DNA of 24,829 nucleotides, taken from positions 1-24,829 of the forward strand of contig JBFFUI010000033.1 of assembly GCA_041571435.1 (NCBI GenBank), given 5' to 3'. Shown in pieces: positions 19,282 to 24,829 of the stretch. This DNA is from Sulfurimonadaceae bacterium (GTDB lineage: Bacteria > Campylobacterota > Campylobacteria > Campylobacterales > Sulfurimonadaceae). The translations under genes and the position numbers were made by a program. How positions within the stretch are numbered: the stretch's first letter is position 1; every line of letters begins with the position of its first letter. Under the pieces are notes generated by a model, which made no database searches, was not told the DNA's origin, and worked only from the letters and a program-made list of their open reading frames with translations.

Positions 19282-19970
19282 TCGTTCTCTTTTTTGGTCA
19301 GTGTCATCGCATAGAGCCACTGCTGGAGCGGTAAAAACTGTTCGTAGTGGCGGTAGAGCTCGGGTATAAACTGCTTGCAGGAGATGGTTGATGCTTTGGT
19401 GGTGTAGTAGACGGCCACCGATTTCATGCGTGCCAAATAGGCGTGGCTCATCGCTTTGTCAAACCCTCTCGGCAGTCGTTTATAGTAGGGCTCTTCTATG
19501 ACATATCCCTGTTCTTTCAGTCGTTCTAAAATTGCATGCAGCTCTTCACGGTGTTGGTCGACCTTGATGTAGTCTCGATAGGCCGCCAAAAGATCGGGAT
19601 CAAAGGTGCGAATACCCGATGCGACCAGGAGCTCTTTAGGGGAGAAGTGCAGGTAGAAACAGCTCGACTGCATCCGTATATGTTTGCCCTGCCAGAAGAT
19701 GACACCGATCTTCGACTTAATAGGGGTTTTGTCTTTTGAGAAGCGGGTGTCGCGGTAGATGCGAAAGAGGGAGTGGTTAATCTTTGGGATGGCGTTGATG
19801 GTCGGTACCAGCGCCTGCAGGTGTTCACCCATCTCTTCGACAAAAGCCCGGCTTGGCTCCAAAATGTATTGTGTGTACTCCTCTTTATGCGCCTCGAACC
19901 ACTCTTTGTTGTTTTTCTGAATTGACTTTAAAAAGGGAATGGACTCTTTTGGGTAGTGGACAAAAGACAT
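19278..19970 (-). CDS. DUF2461 / TIGR02453 family protein
   Basis: NNKEWFEAHKEEY and LFRIYRDTRFSKDKTP signature. Start reassigned to 19970 because the ATG at 20000 overlaps a TGnTATAAT box and an AAGGG SD precedes 19970. Confidence 0.88.
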   Translation of the reverse strand: MSFVHYPKESIPFLKSIQKNNKEWFEAHKEEYTQYILEPSRAFVEEMGEHLQALVPTINAIPKINHSLFRIYRDTRFSKDKTPIKSKIGVIFWQGKHIRMQSSCFYLHFSPKELLVASGIRTFDPDLLAAYRDYIKVDQHREELHAILERLKEQGYVIEEPYYKRLPRGFDKAMSHAYLARMKSVAVYYTTKASTISCKQFIPELYRHYEQFLPLQQWLYAMTLTKKEND

Positions 19971-19998
19971 AGAAAGACCCTTGCTATAGATTTTTGAC

Positions 19999-20007
19999 AT
20001 TATAACA
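19999..20007 (-). promoter_or_regulatory. Extended -10 promoter of the DUF2461 gene
   Basis: Minus strand reads TGtTATAAT. Confidence 0.6.
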
Positions 20008-20247
20008 CTTTGTCCCGGCAGTAGATTTTCTGTTTTTAGTTAAAACAAGAATGGTCCTGATGTAGAGAGGAACATCGGTGTAGAGCCAAGAATATGAGAC
20101 TCTCTTTTAATAACATCACCGCTCGATATGTTATAGTTAATAAACCTGACTAAGAAAGAGTTGTTATACAGAATAACCACTATTTCAAGTTGCAATAATG
20201 GCAGAAATGTTTAGATCGCAGTTGGTGAGTAATGAATGTTTTGAGTC

Positions 20248-20877
20248 CTACAGCAGTGCTTCGAGCTCGTGCAGCGTTTTGATGCGGTGGGTAGCGTTGC
20301 TGAAGTCATGGCTGATGGTGAAGTGGTTATGGACGACAACACAGTCGATGCCGGCATTGACAGCGGAGCGGAGTCCGCGCTCTGAATCTTCAACGACGAT
20401 CGCTTCATGTTTCTCGCCTCCAAAACGTGCCAGTCCGTTCAGGTAGGGGTCAGGGTGTGGTTTTGAACGGCCGTACTCACCACTGCAGAGCGCAAATTCC
20501 ATGTGATCGGTGATGCCGCGCTTGGCATGGATAAGCTCGAAGTCCTCGCGACGGGCCGAGGTGATGATGCCCATACGATACTTTTCGTTGAGTGCAGCCA
20601 GCACGTCATAGACGCCCTCAATGGTGATGTCTTCCGTTTCCAGATAGTGCTGATAGAGTTCATTGCGTCTGTCGCGGGCCGCTTCAACGCTGGCGCTGTC
20701 AAACCCCGCCTCTTCGGCCAGCAGAAAAGCGCTTTGCCCGTTCACCATGATGTCACGGTACCGCTCTTCATCCAGGGTGATGCCCATAGTCTTGAGGATC
20801 TCTACGTTGGCTAGGTAGTACCATTTTTCGGTCTCGACGAGGACACCGTCGTTGTCAAAGAGTATGTATTTTTTCAT
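20248..20877 (-). CDS. HAD-superfamily hydrolase (subfamily IA phosphatase)
   Basis: Motif I FDNDGVL, motif II ITS, motif III KPHPDPY, motif IV VEDS. Confidence 0.93.
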   Translation of the reverse strand: MKKYILFDNDGVLVETEKWYYLANVEILKTMGITLDEERYRDIMVNGQSAFLLAEEAGFDSASVEAARDRRNELYQHYLETEDITIEGVYDVLAALNEKYRMGIITSARREDFELIHAKRGITDHMEFALCSGEYGRSKPHPDPYLNGLARFGGEKHEAIVVEDSERGLRSAVNAGIDCVVVHNHFTISHDFSNATHRIKTLHELEALL

Positions 20878-20883
20878 GCGGGA

Positions 20884-20892
20884 ATTATAGCA
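20884..20892 (-). promoter_or_regulatory. Extended -10 promoter of the HAD gene (leaderless geometry)
   Basis: Minus strand reads TGcTATAAT-tcccgc-ATG. No SD. Confidence 0.65.
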
Positions 20893-20962
20893 GATAACCT
20901 ACTTGTTAAAGCGTTTTATCACATTGGAAACTGTAGGTAAAATTGTGACTTTATAGACGTGT

Positions 20963-21198
20963 CTCTTTCCTTTTTGTTCCGCCAAAAAGGAAACGAAAAA
21001 GCTCTCGCAACGGCTGCGAGGTCGGCGGGCTGCCGACTACCATCCTTCCTCTCTATCACAGCCTAAAAACGACAAACTCGCTACGCTCAGACAAGCCGTT
21101 TTTTTAACGGCTGCGCTAGAGTTCCAGTCTGCTCTGTAGATGCTGCGAAAAGAACCAAGCGGTGACGCATTGATTTAATTTAAAAGCTGACGCTTTTA
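20963..21198. repeat. Structured ~240-bp repeat, copy 1
   Basis: Aligns end to end with 21457-21696. At least four stems are conserved, several by covariation. Confidence 0.85.
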
Positions 21199-21234
21199 GC
21201 ATTGTTAGAAATTGTCAATTACTTACTACGTCTT

Positions 21235-21366
21235 GGTACAGTGGCTGAAGCCGGAGGGATTTCGTGGTGTTGAGAATGGATGGTTCAATGAGTGACTGTA
21301 CCCGCCTTCGTACTCTCTTTTTTTCCTCAAGGTTTTTTCTCTGTACGAGCAGAGAAAAAAAGTTGA
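21235..21366. other. Structured module between the repeat copies (hairpin plus pseudoknot-like pairing)
   Basis: GGTACAGT (21235-42) pairs with ACTGTACC (21295-302). 11-bp stem 21333-43/21350-60, with loop TACGAG complementary to TTCGTA (21307-12). Confidence 0.6.
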
Positions 21367-21456
21367 ATACTAGGGCTATGAAGTAATTCAAAAAGTGTAA
21401 TTGTTCAACATAACACTGTTGTCATAGACTTTGAATATCTAACTTTTGTTATTTCA

Positions 21457-21696
21457 CTCTTTCCTTTTTTTACCGCAAAAAAGGAAACGAAAAAGCTCTC
21501 TCAACGGCTTCGAGCCCGACAAGCTGTCGGGTACTTTCACTCCAGTCGTTCATTCGCTAAAAATCCCTAACTCGCCTACGGCTCAGACAGAGTGATTTTT
21601 TTAACGCTCTTTCTCTCCTTACGTTCAACTCTGCAGATGTTTCGAAAACATTCAAGCGGTAACGCATTTATTTGTATTTAAAAGCTTCCGCTTTTA
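21457..21696. repeat. Structured ~240-bp repeat, copy 2
   Basis: Direct diverged copy of 20963-21198, offset by 494 bp. Confidence 0.85.
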
Positions 21697-21841
21697 TCCC
21701 AATTTTTGTCGTAGGGGGAGTTGTTATCGCTGGTGTCGCAATAAGATTGTGAAAAGCAGATTATCGCAATTTCTGAAAGGCATCTTGCTTCATAATTCTT
21801 AAAACCAAACTGTTAAATAATCCTATTACACTCGCTTTCGC

Positions 21842-21847
21842 TATAAT
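21842..21847 (+). promoter_or_regulatory. Putative -10 box of mnmG
   Basis: TATAAT about 48 nt upstream of ATG 21895. Confidence 0.5.
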
Positions 21848-21894
21848 TGCACTATTAAAAGACAGAGAACTGTCAAGAAAATAATGGACAAACT

Positions 21895-23769
21895 ATGAAT
21901 TATGATGTAATCGTCGTCGGCGGCGGCCATGCGGGTATTGAAGCCTGTCTGGCTTCGGCGCGTATGGGGCATAAAACGCTATTGGTATCGATGCTGGCAG
22001 AGAATGTCGGTGCGACGAGCTGTAACCCGGCTGTCGGCGGACTGGCCAAAGGGCACTTGGTAAGAGAGCTTGACGCCCTTGGCGGTGAGATGGGGCTCAT
22101 TACTGATGAGGCCGGGATACAATTCCGCATTTTGAACAACACCAAAGGACCTGCTGTCCGCGGTACACGCGCCCAGATCGATATGGACCAGTACCGTGTG
22201 ATCGCCCGTAATATCGTCTTGAACACGCCGAACCTTGAACTGTTGCAGGAGACGGTGGATGACCTGTTGATAGAAGACGGCGTGGTCGTCGGTGTGCGTA
22301 CCGATCTTTTAAACGAGTACGGCGCCAAAAAAGTCATCTTGACGACAGGTACGTTTTTACGCGGTGTCGTGCACATCGGTGAGGTCACCAAAGAGGCGGG
22401 CCGATTCGGCGAGTTCGCGGCCAACAAGCTCTCTATCTCCCTGATGGATGCCGGACTTACCATCGGCCGTCTGAAAACGGGGACCTGCCCGCGTATCGAC
22501 ACCTCGACCATCGACTTCTCCGTCATGGAGGAGCAGCCGGGCGACGAACTGCCGACGCCGTTCAGTTTCCGTACCGACCGCGAGGCCTTTAAAGAGAACA
22601 AAGAGCAGCTGCCGTGTTACATCACCTACACCAACATCGACACGCATGAGATCATCGAGAAGAACTTCTACAGAGCACCGCTCTTCACCGGTCAGATCGA
22701 AGGGGTCGGCCCGCGCTACTGTCCGAGCATCGAAGACAAGATCAACCGTTTCCGCGACAAGGAACGTCACCACCTCTTTATCGAACCGCAGACCATGGAC
22801 AACACGGAGTGCTACATCAACGGCATGAGCACCTCGCTGCCGCCGGAGGTACAGCAGGAGATGGTCCACTCCATCAAAGGGATGGAGAACGCCAAGATCG
22901 TCCGTTACGGCTATGCGATCGAGTATGACTATGTCGACCCGACGGAGCTGACCCACTCGCTGGAGACCAAGAAGGTCAAAAACCTCTATCTCGCCGGTCA
23001 GATCAACGGGACGACGGGCTACGAAGAGGCGGCCGCGCAGGGGCTGATGGCGGGGATCAACGCCGCTTTGAGCCTGCAGGAGAAAGAGCCGCTTGTTCTC
23101 GGACGCGACGAGGCCTATATCGGCGTGCTCATCGACGACCTGGTGACCAAGGGGACGAAAGAGCCTTACCGCATGTTCACCTCGCGTGCCGAGTATCGCC
23201 TGCTGCTCCGCGAAGAGTCGGCGGACATGCGTCTGAGCCGTTACGGCCACAATATCGGGCTGATCGACGATGCGACGATGGCGGCGGTCGACGAAAAGAT
23301 CGCGCAGATCAAAGAGGGTGTCGACATCATCAATGGCACCGACTACACACCGAACAAAGAGTTTGTTGCCTTTTTGGAGAGCATCGGCGAAGAGCGCATC
23401 AGCGACAAGATCAACGCCCAGCAGATCATCTCACGCAAGAGTTTCACCCTTGACAAGCTGACAAAACTGCTGCCGGAGCTCTCAAAGTTCAGCGACTACA
23501 TCCAGGAGCAGATCCTGGTCGAAGCCAAATACGCCCGCTATGTCGAAAAGCAGCAGGAAGACATCGAGAAGATGAAGAAGAACATCCACGTCAAGATCCC
23601 CGAAGGGTTCGACTTTGCAGCGGTGCGCGGTTTCTCCAAAGAGGTGATCGACAAGCTCGAGAAGTTCCAGCCGCCGACGCTGCAGGCCGCGTCGCAGATC
23701 TCGGGGATCACCCCGGCGGCCATCGAGATCCTGCACATCTACATTAAAATGGCGGAAAAGAAGCAGTAG
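21895..23769 (+). CDS. mnmG: tRNA uridine-5-carboxymethylaminomethyl(34) synthesis enzyme MnmG (GidA)
   Basis: [67 protein letters not shown]. Confidence 0.99.
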   Translation: MNYDVIVVGGGHAGIEACLASARMGHKTLLVSMLAENVGATSCNPAVGGLAKGHLVRELDALGGEMGLITDEAGIQFRILNNTKGPAVRGTRAQIDMDQYRVIARNIVLNTPNLELLQETVDDLLIEDGVVVGVRTDLLNEYGAKKVILTTGTFLRGVVHIGEVTKEAGRFGEFAANKLSISLMDAGLTIGRLKTGTCPRIDTSTIDFSVMEEQPGDELPTPFSFRTDREAFKENKEQLPCYITYTNIDTHEIIEKNFYRAPLFTGQIEGVGPRYCPSIEDKINRFRDKERHHLFIEPQTMDNTECYINGMSTSLPPEVQQEMVHSIKGMENAKIVRYGYAIEYDYVDPTELTHSLETKKVKNLYLAGQINGTTGYEEAAAQGLMAGINAALSLQEKEPLVLGRDEAYIGVLIDDLVTKGTKEPYRMFTSRAEYRLLLREESADMRLSRYGHNIGLIDDATMAAVDEKIAQIKEGVDIINGTDYTPNKEFVAFLESIGEERISDKINAQQIISRKSFTLDKLTKLLPELSKFSDYIQEQILVEAKYARYVEKQQEDIEKMKKNIHVKIPEGFDFAAVRGFSKEVIDKLEKFQPPTLQAASQISGITPAAIEILHIYIKMAEKKQ

Positions 23770-23795
23770 GCTTCAATCTTTTCTTATCTAATTTT

Positions 23796-23826
23796 CTCGT
23801 TCCCACGTTGTACGTGGGAATGCATA
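23796..23826. repeat. REP-like palindrome (may double as bidirectional terminator)
   Basis: CTCG-TTCCCACGT-tgt-ACGTGGGAA-TGCATA, a 9-bp perfect stem. Resembles the CGTTCCCACG...CGTGGGAATGC REP class. Confidence 0.65.
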
Positions 23827-23949
23827 TTAAACTCCGAGCTACCAGAACCGTTCAACTGTCAAAAGACCGGTTACCCTTCATAGCCTCTTGCACTACTTTT
23901 GCCGATATCGTCACTTTGCGCCACAAGATGCAGATGCTTGCTGGCAGGG

Positions 23950-24618
23950 TTACGGGATGAGCCCGGTCGCTTCGTCAAACCCGAGCATCAGGTTCATGTT
24001 CTGCACTGCTGCTCCCGAGGCGCCTTTACCGAGGTTGTCGAGCCGTGAGATCACGACGATGTAGAGTTCGTTCTCATAGACCGAGAGTTCCAGGCGGTTG
24101 GTGTTGTTGCAGGCCGTGGCATCGAGAAAATCATCATCGAGGTAGGTCTCGTTCGTCTCGATCACTTTGACGAAGGGCTCATCGGCGTAATACCTTTTAT
24201 AGCATGCCAGCAGCGATTGGCGGGATGTCCTCTGTACCAATTGCTCCTTGACAAGGTAGGTCATGACCAGCATGCCCTGAAAAAAGTTTCCGACGCTCGG
24301 CGTGAAGAGAGGCGGGTATTGCAATCCGGGGATATGGTGCATCTCCGGCAGGTGCTTGTGGTCGAGCAGCAGCGCATACGGCCGTTGGCTTACAAACTTT
24401 CCGCTGTTTTCCGGGGCTTCATAGCGCTCGATCAGTGCTTTCCCGCCGCCGCTGTAGCCGGTGATGGAGTGGCAGATGACCTTGTGTGTTCTTGCCATGA
24501 TGCCGTTTTCCACGAGGGGATTGACCGCCATGATCAGACCGCTGGCGTGACAGCCCGGTACACAGACCCGTCTGCCGTTTCTGATGAGGTCGCGGCGCTC
24601 GGCATTGAGCTCGGGATA
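23950..24618 (-). pseudogene. argC: N-acetyl-gamma-glutamyl-phosphate reductase (type 2), 5'-truncated fragment
   Basis: Frame reads YPELNAERRDLIRNGRRVCVPGCHASG...GYSGGGK...HKHLPEM...DNLGKGASGAAVQNMNLMLG. In-frame TGA at 24625-24627. No ArgC N-terminal NADP-binding sequence is recognisable in 24619-24829. Confidence 0.8.
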
Positions 24619-24619
24619 T

Positions 24620-24684
24620 AGGGGTCAGCTCTTCAATCTTCAATTTCCAAATTACACCTCAGGGGTTGAATCTCCATTTTTAAT
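24620..24684. repeat. Two degenerate AGGGGT...TCT.CA.T..TT.AAT direct repeats at the argC breakpoint
   Basis: AGGGGTCAGCTCTTCAATCTTCAAT (24620-24644) and AGGGGTTGAATCTCCATTTTTAAT (24661-24684), about 17/25 identical. Confidence 0.45.
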
Positions 24685-24829
24685 GACTTTGGAAACAAGC
24701 GATTTCAATATGTTGAAGCATCGTGCACTATCTGCTGTCAAGTGCGGAGTGCAACGCCGCGTCCGTCACATTCTCTCTTATTTTCATGTTCAGTCTCTTC
24801 TAACTATAATCTGGTATAAATGCCACGAT

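Noticed and set aside
20963-21696. CRISPR array or tRNA/rRNA interpretation of the repeats
   Set aside because: Only two long diverged copies, no constant 25-45 bp repeat/spacer periodicity, no cas genes, and no cloverleaf or rRNA signatures.
21900-23736. Long antisense ORFs (233, 297, 84 aa) inside mnmG
   Set aside because: Shadow ORFs produced by GC-rich codon bias of a clear housekeeping gene; no motifs.
24419-24643. 74-aa ORF as a frameshifted argC N-terminus
   Set aside because: MKIEELTPI has no resemblance to the ArgC NADP-binding domain and is far too short to replace it.
24728-24787. Small minus-strand ORF MKIRENVTDAALHSALDSR
   Set aside because: 19 codons, weak SD, and no supporting evidence.

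Overview
This window looks like a Campylobacterota chromosome (Sulfurimonas/Sulfurimonadaceae-like, inferred from PorA/MOMP-type porins, a short L3, no rpmD or adk in the spc cluster, and TGnTATAAT promoters). In order it holds the 3' end of tpiA, a lipoprotein, two tandem paralogous MOMP-like porins, a membrane PAS-GGDEF-EAL protein and an AAA-type ATP-binding protein. Next is the full S10-spc cluster (rpsJ to secY-map-infA, not followed by the alpha operon), then a TlpA-like redoxin, a DUF2461 protein, a HAD hydrolase, mnmG and a 5'-truncated type-2 argC. The most unusual feature is the ~1 kb ORF-free region between the HAD gene and mnmG (20878-21894). It carries two diverged ~240 bp direct repeats whose hairpins are preserved by multiple compensatory substitutions. 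These also show a loop-to-3' pseudoknot signal and minus-strand GNA-triloop/tandem G-A motifs. A third, oppositely oriented hairpin/pseudoknot module sits between the two copies. This is a candidate uncharacterised structured ncRNA or ssDNA-folding mobile repeat. All structures were derived by eye, and no databases were searched.
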